A stretch of DNA of 59,252 nt, counting the filler. It is 3 parts of 3 records of this genome, joined end to end, with 100 filler letters (N's around TTAATTAATTAA, not from the genome) between each part and the next. Parts side by side here need not be neighbours in the genome. Positions count along the whole stretch, not along the records: positions 1 to 21,844 come from SRR31156797_28660; 2 more parts are not named here. One strand, written 5' to 3'. The notes beneath the pieces are model-generated. The model searched no databases. It was given only the letters and a program-made list of their open reading frames with translations, and was not told where the DNA came from. Position numbers and translations under genes: made by a program. Positions within the stretch are counted from its first letter, which is position 1. The number at the start of each line of letters is the position of its first letter. Below are positions 1 through 9,774 of the stretch, in pieces.

Positions 1-24
1 GGCCGTCATCAGCCGAGGAAAGAG

Positions 25-53
25 GTTCTAAAGAAAACCAAATCCTACGTCAA
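25..53 (-). promoter_or_regulatory. sigma70-type promoter pointing out of the contig (stable-RNA-like)
   Basis: Minus strand reads AAAAAGGTG-TTGACG-N17-TAGAAC-CTCTTTCCTCGGC. The -10 element overlaps the TAG stop of the deaminase ORF. Confidence 0.5.
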
Positions 54-1566
54 CACCTTTTTCGATTATTGTGGATATCTGTTTCGTAAAATCCTCCTTA
101 AAGCGTTTATACACCTCAGAATTCTCGAATCTACGAAGCTTATCTTCCAATCTCCATTGTTCCCTAGCCTTCTCACTTTTCAATAACAAGAGCTCACAAT
201 CCTGATCCGGCTGTTCATCTCTGTAGCAGGCCTTATCCATCTTGAACGAAGTAGCATTTGCCCACAATGACCGCCCTCCCAAAAATGAATATTCTATGGA
301 ATTTCGGGCTGCACGTTTCAAAGCCAAATAACTTAACCCCTGATCCGTAACTGCGCGTTCATATTCATCAGTTAATGTCGACCGCACAATTCCCATATCA
401 TCAGAAGATATCACCACTGGAACTTCTTCTTTAAGATAGAGCAGTAAAGGATGCTCTCTACCTGAAACATTGAGGATAACATCGTTGCTACCCAATAGTA
501 CCTCAAGGGCAATCCCTTTCTTTTTCATCAGCTCAAGAGTTTCAAGCGGTGTGTCTTCATACGCAAGGGCAACCCCATGCCCAACCCTGCGGGCATGCCC
601 CTTCATAGTAGCAAGCTTGATGTGATTTGAAATATTTCCTGGTGTTGCTAGCGTCGGGGTCAGCTCTCCAGCATGCAAGGCGATAGGAACATCGGGATAC
701 AATGAATGAAAAAAATCCAACATTTCCATGTGCAAAGCATAGTCACGCACCGCAATAGGTCCATCTTCAGGACCTACCATATTCAACCCCACAACACGGG
801 GATCACGACGGACAAGTTCAAATGACCATGCCATCTGAGCAAAAACGTAAGCCGGTTCAGCGCCCCTGAAAATCTGATTAATATAGCGGACCTTTACATC
901 ACGCCCCGGACCTTTGCCGACCAGTTCGCGCTGCCTGTACTCTGCCCGACTAAGTTCTCTACGAGCGGAATCCATATCTTTGAAGAGACCGATTTTCTTC
1001 AATTGCACAAAACATTCTTCTGGTTTTCCATTCCAGCCTACTTTGGCAGCCCAAGGACTTACCCATTGAGGGCCGTAAACAGACAGCATCACCTCAAGAT
1101 ACTGAACTCTATCCCGCTGGGCTTGTTTCACCGCATGCGCCAGCAGCCTGCCTTTATCCCGTTTGGCCACTCCGAATCTACCGAACGTAGCAAAGAACTG
1201 ATCATGCCCCCACATACGGTTATCTCGCTCACTCTCCCTGACTGAAAGGGCATTGACCGCTTTCCCCCAGACATCAGGCTGTATGTATGCATCTTTTGCT
1301 GCAACAGTACCATTTACACACGGACCATCCACAATACGTCCACTCGATTCAGCTATGCATACACCGTCATCTGCCGCCCATTTCAAATAATCTTCAGCGT
1401 AAGGAATCCCTGACAGATGAGTATGAAGCTCGGCCCCCTTTGGCATCTCCGCCAGAACCATGCGCAAGGCGACGGGATCGACCTGCTGAAGAAGCATAGA
1501 CTTCTCAGAGGTTTTAGGAACACAGGCCGAAATAAAAAGCAGCAAAATGAGAAATATTTTTTCCAT
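28..1566 (-). CDS. adenosine deaminase family lipoprotein
   Basis: ADA motifs PKGAELHTHLSG, LHAGE, RVGHG and SSDD are present. Start moved to MEKIFLILLLFISAC (ATG at 1566), which is a signal peptide ending in a lipobox. Confidence 0.85.
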   Translation of the reverse strand: MEKIFLILLLFISACVPKTSEKSMLLQQVDPVALRMVLAEMPKGAELHTHLSGIPYAEDYLKWAADDGVCIAESSGRIVDGPCVNGTVAAKDAYIQPDVWGKAVNALSVRESERDNRMWGHDQFFATFGRFGVAKRDKGRLLAHAVKQAQRDRVQYLEVMLSVYGPQWVSPWAAKVGWNGKPEECFVQLKKIGLFKDMDSARRELSRAEYRQRELVGKGPGRDVKVRYINQIFRGAEPAYVFAQMAWSFELVRRDPRVVGLNMVGPEDGPIAVRDYALHMEMLDFFHSLYPDVPIALHAGELTPTLATPGNISNHIKLATMKGHARRVGHGVALAYEDTPLETLELMKKKGIALEVLLGSNDVILNVSGREHPLLLYLKEEVPVVISSDDMGIVRSTLTDEYERAVTDQGLSYLALKRAARNSIEYSFLGGRSLWANATSFKMDKACYRDEQPDQDCELLLLKSEKAREQWRLEDKLRRFENSEVYKRFKEDFTKQISTIIEKGVDVGFGFL

Positions 1567-1659
1567 AATTCCTGTTTTATACAACAGGCCCCTCTTCAGG
1601 GTAAATGGCATTTTTTACATTTCTCATTTTTAATAACATCCACGCCCCATTAACCACCT

Positions 1660-1689
1660 AAAAAAAAGCAGCCCACACAAAGTGCGGGC
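1660..1689 (-). terminator. probable intrinsic terminator after the 1719-2216 gene
   Basis: Minus strand GCCCGCAC-TTT-GTGTGGGC hairpin followed by TGC and a T8 tract. Confidence 0.45.
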
Positions 1690-1718
1690 CACCATTAAAC
1701 AGCAATTTTCGTCTTTAA

Positions 1719-2216
1719 TTAAAAAGGTTGTCCATTGTTAATCGGGAACATTCCTCCATCCTGATTATACGTACCAGTGAGAGCACGAACCAAATTAGGA
1801 TCATCCGAAGACCATTGAATCAATGCCTGCCCACAAATATACCGACTGCTTGTATTACCCTTCATCGAATAATACCTTGTAGAATGGGGAGGCAGGGTAA
1901 ATTCTCCAGTTCCTGAAGCAATGGTAGTCGGAAAGCCATTTATTCCGCCAGAATAAATGCTACCCATAGAAGACACATCGTTACCATCTTCGTCAAGTAC
2001 AACGACCTTGCATTTAATTGTTTCCCCCGTGATGTTTGAAACATAGAACACAGGATAGTGAATTCTATAAATGCCTGGCTCGCTATAGTTCTCATAAACG
2101 ATACCCGAGACACTGGCGCTTCCTTGAACTTTAAACACTTCTTGGGCAAACGCGCTACCGCACATCATAGCAACCAACACTGCTGACATCACACTCAGTC
2201 GAATTAACTTAGCCAT
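1719..2216 (-). CDS. hypothetical exported protein
   Basis: 165-aa ORF with a Sec signal peptide ending AFA, a GGAGA RBS and beta-strand-rich composition. Family not recognised. Confidence 0.75.
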   Translation of the reverse strand: MAKLIRLSVMSAVLVAMMCGSAFAQEVFKVQGSASVSGIVYENYSEPGIYRIHYPVFYVSNITGETIKCKVVVLDEDGNDVSSMGSIYSGGINGFPTTIASGTGEFTLPPHSTRYYSMKGNTSSRYICGQALIQWSSDDPNLVRALTGTYNQDGGMFPINNGQPF

Positions 2217-2413
2217 TAATCTTTCTCCATAATTTTAAGTTTAATAATGACACAAACATTAATCGACTAACTTTTAGTATTCTTTAGATGTTTATTAATA
2301 AAATTCTGAACAAATAGGACTAGCCGACAGCTATGCGTAAAGAAAGACTAAAGGAATCTTAATAAAGCAGCACATTTTCGGATAGTTAGCATGCACATAT
2401 AGTGAAAAGTCAC

Positions 2414-2446
2414 AAAAAAAAGGCCGCCCCGAGGGACGGCCTTTTT
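2414..2446 (-). terminator. intrinsic terminator of the tmc operon (bidirectional shape)
   Basis: A8-GGCCGCCCC-GA-GGGACGGCC-T5 lies just downstream of the tmcA stop. Confidence 0.8.
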
Positions 2447-2465
2447 ACTAATATTCGACTAAATC

Positions 2466-2870
2466 CTAGTGTACTGCGGGAGCAGCGCCGCCTTTGGGGT
2501 GGCAACCAGCGCAGGAGACAGGACCCTTATCTTCTTTTACGTGGCAGTTTGAACAAAGCTGATGATAAGCATTGCGCAGATCGGTCTTACCTGCTTCAGC
2601 TTTAACTGCGTGGCAGTCAGAACACTTCTGGTCTTCGGAAGACTCGTCTTCAACGATCTTTCCATCTTCCCAGACATGGTGACAAACAGCGCAATCTTCA
2701 ATACCGGCCATTTCGTTGTGTGCATCATGTGCGAACACAGCAGCAGGTCTTTCATGCTTAGGAAAAGCCGGGTCCAGCAGAGAAGTTATATCTTCCTGAC
2801 AGAACGCGGGAACCATGTAGAGCAAGACACAGGCGGCAATGACCGCAATAGAGAATACTCTTTTAATCAT
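2466..2870 (-). CDS. tmcA: acidic tetraheme (type II) cytochrome c3, TmcA
   Basis: Four CxxCH motifs (CAVCH, CSDCH, CSNCH, CAGCH), FAHDAH and a signal peptide. Start moved to MIKRVFS (2870) with a GGAGG RBS. Last gene of the tmc cluster. Confidence 0.9.
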   Translation of the reverse strand: MIKRVFSIAVIAACVLLYMVPAFCQEDITSLLDPAFPKHERPAAVFAHDAHNEMAGIEDCAVCHHVWEDGKIVEDESSEDQKCSDCHAVKAEAGKTDLRNAYHQLCSNCHVKEDKGPVSCAGCHPKGGAAPAVH

Positions 2871-2883
2871 TGTAATCTTCCTC

Positions 2884-4197
2884 CTACTCTTCCGGCTTTT
2901 CCATGAGATCATAGATAAGATCGCCGAAGAACTTAATGTCCATACCGAGTTCATAGTAATGAACGAGGTCTTCAAGTCCGCCGTGGCAGTTGTGACAGGG
3001 AGCGAGAATAGTATTCACGCCAGTTGCCTTGAGCTGCTCAGCCTTGATCTTGTTACCTTTCATACGGACGTTCTTGAACGGAGGACCGCAGTTAATGACA
3101 CCACCACCCGCTGCACAGCAATAGTTATGTTCAAGGTTGGGGGTCATTTCAACAACGTTTTCACACAATGCGTGTGCCAGCTTACGGGACTGTTCCATCA
3201 GACCGCGACCACGGATAATGTTGCAGGGATCATGCACGGTGATAGGTTCTTTGAACTTCTCACGCAGCTTGATTTTGCCTGCTTCGAAGAGTTCCCAGAA
3301 GAACTCAACGGAGTGCACAACTTCGATGGGATACATTTCCCATGCGTCCCAGCGGTTACCCTGATCGTAGATGGAGCGGAATGCGTGACCGCACTCACCC
3401 ATTACGATGCGCTTGACCTTGAGGTCGAGAGCGGATTCGAAATGGCGCTTCTTAAGACGACCCATCATTTCAAAATCACCGGTGAACATACACATGTCAG
3501 AGTTGTCCCAGCCCGGTTCGGTGGGCATGGTAAAATCGACACCAGCTTCGTTGAAGATGTATGCAGCCTGATAAATGAGCTGGGTACGGAACTTGGGTTC
3601 CGGAGCGATAACGGAATAGTAAATATCCGCACCTTCTTTATCCAGCGGAATGCGCAGGTTGGGCATTTCATCGCGGGCTTCATCTTCCTGCCACTGCAGG
3701 GTATCCGGCCATTCATCATCCTTGAGCCACATCTGGTTCATGGTCGCGGAATGAGAATGAGCAGTATCCTGAATGTACTGAGGAGTTACGCCGAGCTTGT
3801 GACACATGCGGCGCACCATGCTCATAATGTAACCGGTATCAATACCGAGCGGACAGAAATGAACGCAACGGCGGCAGAGGTTACACTCGGTGTAAGCAAT
3901 CTGCGCCATTTCGTAGATTTCATCAGCAGTAACTTTGTAGTTCTTGCGCAGAATCTTGCCCAAAGTATTGTGGACCTTACCAGCAGGGGAATAGCTGGGG
4001 TCCCCTTCATGGGACATATAGTAATGGCAGGCTTCGGAGCACATGCCGCAACGCATGCAAGTCTCAGCATAGAGCTTGAGCTTGGCGCCGGCTTCTCCTT
4101 CAATAACCTGCTTGAGAGTGTTTTCGATGCGTTCAGGGGTCAAGCGTGAAACACCACGATTGAGCCCTACATCTTCGATTTTCCTGTCGAATGTCAT
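2884..4197 (-). CDS. tmcB: TmcB, Fe-S/CCG-domain (HdrD/DsrK-like) subunit
   Basis: Two ferredoxin motifs ([22 protein letters not shown]) and CCG-domain motifs (GECGH, HDPC, CCAAGGG, CHNC). Start at MTFDRK (4197) with an AGGAG RBS. Confidence 0.9.
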   Translation of the reverse strand: MTFDRKIEDVGLNRGVSRLTPERIENTLKQVIEGEAGAKLKLYAETCMRCGMCSEACHYYMSHEGDPSYSPAGKVHNTLGKILRKNYKVTADEIYEMAQIAYTECNLCRRCVHFCPLGIDTGYIMSMVRRMCHKLGVTPQYIQDTAHSHSATMNQMWLKDDEWPDTLQWQEDEARDEMPNLRIPLDKEGADIYYSVIAPEPKFRTQLIYQAAYIFNEAGVDFTMPTEPGWDNSDMCMFTGDFEMMGRLKKRHFESALDLKVKRIVMGECGHAFRSIYDQGNRWDAWEMYPIEVVHSVEFFWELFEAGKIKLREKFKEPITVHDPCNIIRGRGLMEQSRKLAHALCENVVEMTPNLEHNYCCAAGGGVINCGPPFKNVRMKGNKIKAEQLKATGVNTILAPCHNCHGGLEDLVHYYELGMDIKFFGDLIYDLMEKPEE

Positions 4198-4222
4198 TTC
4201 AATACTCCTTGCGGGGCTTTGG

Positions 4223-4882
4223 TTACCAGTCCTTGCAGTGACGAACGCCACCGAACTCGGATCCCATGTAGGCTCTGGTAAACAGGCCGAACAGCATGTG
4301 GCTCAAACGGGTGAAAGGAATGCTCATGAGCATAATTTCACCGCAAAGGATATGCAGGATGAGCATAACCTTGGCATCACCGATCTCGTGGTAAGAGAGA
4401 ACACCGGTGAGGAAAACAAGGGCAGGAACTGCTAATGCGATCCAGTCTTTACCGGTAGTCAGATATGCAACGTCTCTCTGCAGAAAACGGCGTGCGCCGA
4501 AATATACACAGCAGACAACAACCACGATAGACATGATGTCAGCGATAGTATCCGGGAGAGTAGGCCAGCTGATGCCGAAAAACTGATCCCAGAGAACCAC
4601 ATGTCCCAGCAGGAACAGGGGGACAATGACAAGACAGATGTGAAAGACAAAGGTTACCATCGCAGTCCAGGGATTGCGCTGCCAACCGAGGGTTCCGGTA
4701 GGATTCATCCATGCCATGATGGAGCGAAAGCCCCATTTAAAGCTCATGTAGTGCAGGGAAGAACCGTCTTTTGCCTTAGCGAGCTGGTACATGGTGACCA
4801 GTCTGTAAGCGGAACCGAGAACAAACACGCCCCAGGCGAACCATGCCAGAGGGCCGACCACGAATGCATAAACACTGTTCAT
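4223..4882 (-). CDS. tmcC: TmcC, membrane cytochrome b (NarI/HmcE-like)
   Basis: 219-aa polytopic membrane protein with conserved His residues (FHIC, GHV, LHIL, IPFTRLSH), located between tmcD and tmcB. Confidence 0.88.
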   Translation of the reverse strand: MNSVYAFVVGPLAWFAWGVFVLGSAYRLVTMYQLAKAKDGSSLHYMSFKWGFRSIMAWMNPTGTLGWQRNPWTAMVTFVFHICLVIVPLFLLGHVVLWDQFFGISWPTLPDTIADIMSIVVVVCCVYFGARRFLQRDVAYLTTGKDWIALAVPALVFLTGVLSYHEIGDAKVMLILHILCGEIMLMSIPFTRLSHMLFGLFTRAYMGSEFGGVRHCKDW

Positions 4883-4901
4883 GTGTAATTCCTCCGGTTT
4901 T

Positions 4902-6155
4902 TTAGAATTCGCTTACTTCGGCAACGATGCGCACAAACTTGCCGCCATCTATTGCACGAATGAGGACTTTGGAACTGTCAGGACTGAAAACAGGTTCCCA
5001 GCACTGGTCGAAATCCTGAGCATAGGGCTTGCCATCAAGAACAACGGTGTAGCGGCCATTCTTTTCAACCTTGGCAGCAACTTTGCTGCTGTCGGGGCTG
5101 AAAACAGGCTGCCAAGCCATTTCATAAACACCGGGCCAGACTTTACCGTCACAAAGTACGGTGTATTCTTTGTCGTCTTTGCCAAGTGCTGCTGCACGGT
5201 TACCGTCGGGGCTGACAGCCAGGTCGATAACAACAGGAGCAGTGATGGACCAAGGCTTACCGTCAACAGCAACGGTAAAGCTGCCGAAGGTGGGGGCTAC
5301 AATAGCCCAAAGCTTGGAACCGTCTGCGCTAAACTGTTGGTGCCAGCAGTTAGCCATGTTGTTCTTCCAGATAAGTTCGCCATCCTGAGCCATACCCCAT
5401 TTTCCGCCCAGACGAACAGGAGCTACGAGAGCACCTGTTGCGGGGTTGAAGCAGGGAGCCCAGACACACTGAAATTCGCGCTGCCAGATTTTGCCATCGA
5501 CTGCGATGGTGTAATCATAAAGAGTCTTTCTTACCTGACAGGCAACTTTTTCACACTTGGCGTCGAACACCGGAGTGTAGCAGTTCATGAAAACGTTATC
5601 CCAGGCTGTGCCGTTGACAGCAATTGTATAGATACCTTTCTGAAAGGTTTCTATGTCAGCCTGCGGCATGGACTTAACCTGAACAACAGCAGCAGTTGAT
5701 TTACCATCATTGCCAACGGTGAAGTTGTTTGCGTTTTCAAAAAAGTTTTCCCAGAGAACACCATCAACACCCATACCGTATGTCATATCCTGCTGAACTG
5801 CACAGATAATAGTACCTTCGGGGCCAAAAGTTGTTTTCCAGATATAGCCGTAATTTTCCGGCCAGTGCTTACCGTCAACAGCCAGAGTCCACTCACCCAT
5901 CTGCTGGGCTACACCAGTGAATCTGCCGTCAGGTGCAAATTTGGGGTAGAAAATCCTGTCGTATGCTTCTTCCCAAATTTCACCGTTGACGCAAGCAGTG
6001 AATTCCAGATCGCCTTTATGAACAACAGCGCCGACTTTTTCACCGTCGGGGCTGGCATGGAATTCTTCCACCCACTCAAATTTATCAGACCAGGATCCAG
6101 TGTCCTGGACCTCTCGCCTACCGGGATTCCAATCCCACGTGGACGCATCAGGCAT
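4902..6155 (-). CDS. tmcD: TmcD, Trp-rich beta-propeller subunit
   Basis: Repeated P-x-F-S-P-D-G/S...V-D-G-x-x-W units. Start at MPDASTWDWNPG (6155) with a GAGGAGG RBS. First gene of the cluster. Confidence 0.88.
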   Translation of the reverse strand: MPDASTWDWNPGRREVQDTGSWSDKFEWVEEFHASPDGEKVGAVVHKGDLEFTACVNGEIWEEAYDRIFYPKFAPDGRFTGVAQQMGEWTLAVDGKHWPENYGYIWKTTFGPEGTIICAVQQDMTYGMGVDGVLWENFFENANNFTVGNDGKSTAAVVQVKSMPQADIETFQKGIYTIAVNGTAWDNVFMNCYTPVFDAKCEKVACQVRKTLYDYTIAVDGKIWQREFQCVWAPCFNPATGALVAPVRLGGKWGMAQDGELIWKNNMANCWHQQFSADGSKLWAIVAPTFGSFTVAVDGKPWSITAPVVIDLAVSPDGNRAAALGKDDKEYTVLCDGKVWPGVYEMAWQPVFSPDSSKVAAKVEKNGRYTVVLDGKPYAQDFDQCWEPVFSPDSSKVLIRAIDGGKFVRIVAEVSEF

Positions 6156-6388
6156 CTCACGCCTCCTCATTCCGAAGATCCGGTCTATCCGCCAATATTC
6201 CGAATCAACTCGGTTTTCAGGGTGCAATGCACCCTAGTTCTCTAACCAACAATAGTCCCGTCTTTGGTCGAAACAAACCTCGTCACACCAAGGCCGGAGA
6301 CCCGTCCGGCCTTATATCTGCAAGTTAATTGGCACATTTTGCAAAGTAGGACAATAGCATCCGGGGGGTTTGGATGAGGATTTTTTTA

Positions 6389-6430
6389 AAAATAAAAAGG
6401 GCGTCAACCTGAAAATCAGGCTGACACCCT
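6389..6430 (-). terminator. strong intrinsic terminator
   Basis: Minus strand AGGGTGTCAGCCTG-ATTTT-CAGGTTGACGCCCT forms a 14-bp stem with two G-U pairs, followed by TTTTATTTT. Confidence 0.75.
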
Positions 6431-6572
6431 CACCAAAAACACATAAATTTCGAGCATTTAAAAACTATTTAGTATATGAAAAACACTCCAATTCACACAT
6501 CACAGTAAAGTTAACGATTTTTTTATTCCTACTCTAAGAGTAGGACATATTACCTACCAAAGCAAGAGGTAA

Positions 6573-7637
6573 TCACAGGTCCAACTCATCAAAAATGTAA
6601 TCATAATCTAACTCAGAATTAACCAGACCTGCCCCGTGATTAATCTTGATCATATCTCTAAGCTTATAGCTTTCCTGAATTGCTTCCATTTTCTTGGCTA
6701 CGGCATAGGTATCATCTCGAACAACAATCACCGGAATTTCAAGCACTTCGGAACGGGTAAGAATAATATCATTAGGATATAAGTTACCGGTCAGAATAAG
6801 ACAGGGACAGTTACCTTCAAGGGCCACCAGCTGAACGTCTGCCCTATCACCACCAACAATGACCGCTGAGTTCTTATGCCGTCTGAAGTGAGTGATGAAG
6901 TTCTCAACCTGCATGGTACCGATAAGAAAGTTCTCTACGACCCTGTCCGCCTTGGCATGGGCAGAAATGATCTTACCGAAAAGTCTTTCGGCAAGGTCGC
7001 TAACCTTGATAGCACCCATGAGCGGATCACGAGGGATAACACCCAGCACTTTAACGCCCCTCTTTTCCAGAAAAGGAACTATCAGCGAGGTCAATTCATC
7101 CATGTAATGTTCGGGCACATCATTAAAGACCACACCGAGAAAATCGTCTCCCAATTCCTTCTGGACACGGAGAACGTAATCGTAATGGAGTTCACTGCTG
7201 TAGCGGTCTACCAGAATAGTCTTGGCCCCGAGCGCACGGGAAACATCAGGCCCGCTCACTCCGCAGTAGGTACCGGAACTAAGATAGCTCCCGGAACCAC
7301 CGAGAATCATGACATCCTTATCGCTGCTGAGTTCTTCGTAAGACTCTACGATGGAAGGCATGAGATCCCCCATGTCTTCGGAAAAAGCCTTGATGGTAAA
7401 ATCACGGGTAACCAGCACCGGGGTAACCTTGGCCGGGTCCTGCTCCAATCCGAGAACCTGCTGAATGAAAGCCGCGTCAGCGTCTCCGGGAGTATCGCCG
7501 TCCATATGGGGGACAGCTCCAACGGGCTTCATGTAGCCCACATTAAATCCGCTGTTGCGAAATTTAAGCCCCAACGACATGGCCAGAAGGTTCTTGCCGG
7601 AATATCCGGTAGTAGAACCTATATATATACTTACCAT
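6573..7637 (-). CDS. phosphotransacetylase-family N-terminal (BioD-like + DRTGG) protein
   Basis: P-loop-like GSTTGYSGKN, GYMKPVG and the DRTGG-type VIVGGDRADVQ motif. No catalytic Pta C-terminal domain. Confidence 0.85.
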   Translation of the reverse strand: MVSIYIGSTTGYSGKNLLAMSLGLKFRNSGFNVGYMKPVGAVPHMDGDTPGDADAAFIQQVLGLEQDPAKVTPVLVTRDFTIKAFSEDMGDLMPSIVESYEELSSDKDVMILGGSGSYLSSGTYCGVSGPDVSRALGAKTILVDRYSSELHYDYVLRVQKELGDDFLGVVFNDVPEHYMDELTSLIVPFLEKRGVKVLGVIPRDPLMGAIKVSDLAERLFGKIISAHAKADRVVENFLIGTMQVENFITHFRRHKNSAVIVGGDRADVQLVALEGNCPCLILTGNLYPNDIILTRSEVLEIPVIVVRDDTYAVAKKMEAIQESYKLRDMIKINHGAGLVNSELDYDYIFDELDL

Positions 7638-7647
7638 CTATGCCTCC

Positions 7648-9774
7648 TTATTCGCGCTCATCCGGCTGCCTGCCCGCATCAGCGGAGATATCGACAACTG
7701 TCATCCGGGCATCGGCAACCAGGGCCTCGTCCGAGCTGACAAGCACAGGATTGAATTCTGCTTCATAAATTTCAGGAAAATCATTCGCAAGACACGACAT
7801 CCTGATCAAAACATCAGTAATCGCCTCGAAGTCAACGGGCTCGCCCCCCTTAACTCCTTTCAATAACATATAGGAACGGATTTCCCGGACCATATCTCCG
7901 GCATCCTCAACAGAGAGAGGAGCTAGACGGAACGAGATATCCTTCAAAATCTCAACATAAACCCCGCCCAATCCGAACATGAGCAAAGGTCCGAACTGCT
8001 TATCCCGACGAAAACCCACAATAACCTCACGGGATTGCGGAGAAGCCATCTGCTGCACAAGACACCCGGCAATGTACACATCCGGGCGCAAACGCTGGGT
8101 CCGGGCCGTAATATCCCAGAATGCGGTCTTAACTTCCTCAGCGGAATTAAGCCCTATACGGACCCCATCCACATCGGACTTATGCGAAATCTCCGGGGAA
8201 GCGATCTTGAGCACCACCGGATATCCGAGTTGCTCAGCAATTGCCGCAGCCTCATCACCGGAGCGGGCAAGGTCAGACTCAGGAGTCGGCAACCCGTAGG
8301 CGGTAACAATATCCCGGGCCTGAAACTCCACCAGTTCGGAACGTCCGGAACGCAAAGCGTTATCCACAACCGCACGGGCAGCTTCAATATCGTGTTCCGG
8401 GGTAAAATATGTACGCGGAGGCCGTCCTTTCCAGACAGCATATTTATGCATGCAGTCCATCGCCCGGACTGCCTGCTTGGGAAAGTCATATACCGGAATT
8501 CCGGCTTCTGCAAAAATTTCTCGGGCCTTAGCACTATTCTTGCGTCCCATAAGACAGCAGAAAACAGGCTTGCTCACTTCACCCATGCCCTCCACAACTG
8601 CCTTGGCGACCTCAGTAAAATCAAGATTAACCGTGGGAGCGATAATTACCAGCAGACTGTTCACCGTCGGATCATGCCCCACAATACGCACAGCGCGACC
8701 ATAACTTTCAGCATCAGCATCCCCGAGAAGATCCACCGGGTTGTAGAGAGATGCGTATCCCGGAAGCATGCGTTGTAGCTCACCAATTGTCGCCGGCGAA
8801 AAAGTAGGCATACGCATGACCGATTCCCCGCAGGCATCCGCAGCCAGAATACCGGGACCACCCGCATTGGTCACGATGCCGAGGTTCGGCCCTAAAGGCA
8901 GCTCCTGAACAGAGAAAGCCTTGGCAAGGTTGAAAAGCTCATCAAGTTTTTCCACCCGGATAACACCCGACTGGCGAAAAGCCGCATCACAGGCCTGATC
9001 CGAACCAGCCATGGCTCCGGTATGCGAGGACGCAGCTCTTGCCCCGGCAGGTGTGGTCCCGGCTTTCATCATCAATATCGGTTTTTTCATGGAGACCTTA
9101 GCTGCCTGCTCCATAAATTCCCGGCCATTCTCGATATTCTCCACATATCCAAGAATAACCTTCGTTGCAGGGTCATTGCCGAGATATTCAAGCATGGAAG
9201 CTTCATTGATCACAGCCTTATTGCCGAGACTGATAAATTTGGAAAAACCGACCTTTTCACCTAGAGCCCAATCAAGAACAGCAACGCAAAGCGCACCGGA
9301 CTGAGAGAAAAACCCCATGCTGCCTGGGAGCGGACGACCAGTGGCAAACGACGCATTGACCCCGCCTCTAGAATTGATAACTCCAAGACAGTTAGGACCT
9401 AATAGATTTACACCATGCTCTTTCGCCAATTCCGCGAGCTGCACTTCAAGGAGCCAGCCTTCATGATCTACTTCCTTGAAACCTGCGGTAATAACCACAA
9501 CAGAGCTGACTCCCAGCTCAAGCAACTCCTTAAAAACCCCAAGAACAAAATCACGGGGCACCGCCACAACGGCTAGATCCACAGAAGTGCCGATATCAGA
9601 AATTTTTTTATACGCGGGAATACCGTTAATTTCCCCGCCACGCGGGTTTACCGGATAAAGCTGCCCGCCATACCCTGCACTCAGCAGGTTAGACAGAATG
9701 GTGTTTCCTATTTTTCCGGAAACAGATGAAGCGCCTACAACGGCGATTGATGACGGAGTGAACAGACTATCCAA
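7648..9774 (-). CDS. acetate/acyl-CoA ligase (ADP-forming), fused alpha-beta
   Basis: CoA-binding domain (GAS..GKIG, GPNCLG, SQSGAL), phospho-His motif SSHTG and ATP-grasp domain (GYPVVLK, HKSDVDGV, FGPLLMFGLGG). TTG start. Confidence 0.88.
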   Translation of the reverse strand: MDSLFTPSSIAVVGASSVSGKIGNTILSNLLSAGYGGQLYPVNPRGGEINGIPAYKKISDIGTSVDLAVVAVPRDFVLGVFKELLELGVSSVVVITAGFKEVDHEGWLLEVQLAELAKEHGVNLLGPNCLGVINSRGGVNASFATGRPLPGSMGFFSQSGALCVAVLDWALGEKVGFSKFISLGNKAVINEASMLEYLGNDPATKVILGYVENIENGREFMEQAAKVSMKKPILMMKAGTTPAGARAASSHTGAMAGSDQACDAAFRQSGVIRVEKLDELFNLAKAFSVQELPLGPNLGIVTNAGGPGILAADACGESVMRMPTFSPATIGELQRMLPGYASLYNPVDLLGDADAESYGRAVRIVGHDPTVNSLLVIIAPTVNLDFTEVAKAVVEGMGEVSKPVFCCLMGRKNSAKAREIFAEAGIPVYDFPKQAVRAMDCMHKYAVWKGRPPRTYFTPEHDIEAARAVVDNALRSGRSELVEFQARDIVTAYGLPTPESDLARSGDEAAAIAEQLGYPVVLKIASPEISHKSDVDGVRIGLNSAEEVKTAFWDITARTQRLRPDVYIAGCLVQQMASPQSREVIVGFRRDKQFGPLLMFGLGGVYVEILKDISFRLAPLSVEDAGDMVREIRSYMLLKGVKGGEPVDFEAITDVLIRMSCLANDFPEIYEAEFNPVLVSSDEALVADARMTVVDISADAGRQPDERE

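Noticed and set aside
2839-4149. 436-aa plus-strand ORF
   Set aside because: Antisense shadow of tmcB with no recognisable motifs. The same applies to 4881-5699, 6876-7739, 8035-8778 and 28867-29787.
4902-6155. Periodic repeats in tmcD as a CRISPR or novel repeat
   Set aside because: They are degenerate protein-level propeller blades of TmcD, not identical DNA repeats with spacers.
6330-6343. TGGCAC-ATT-TTGCA as a sigma54 promoter
   Set aside because: Spacing is 2 nt too short for -24/-12, and it points away from tmcD.
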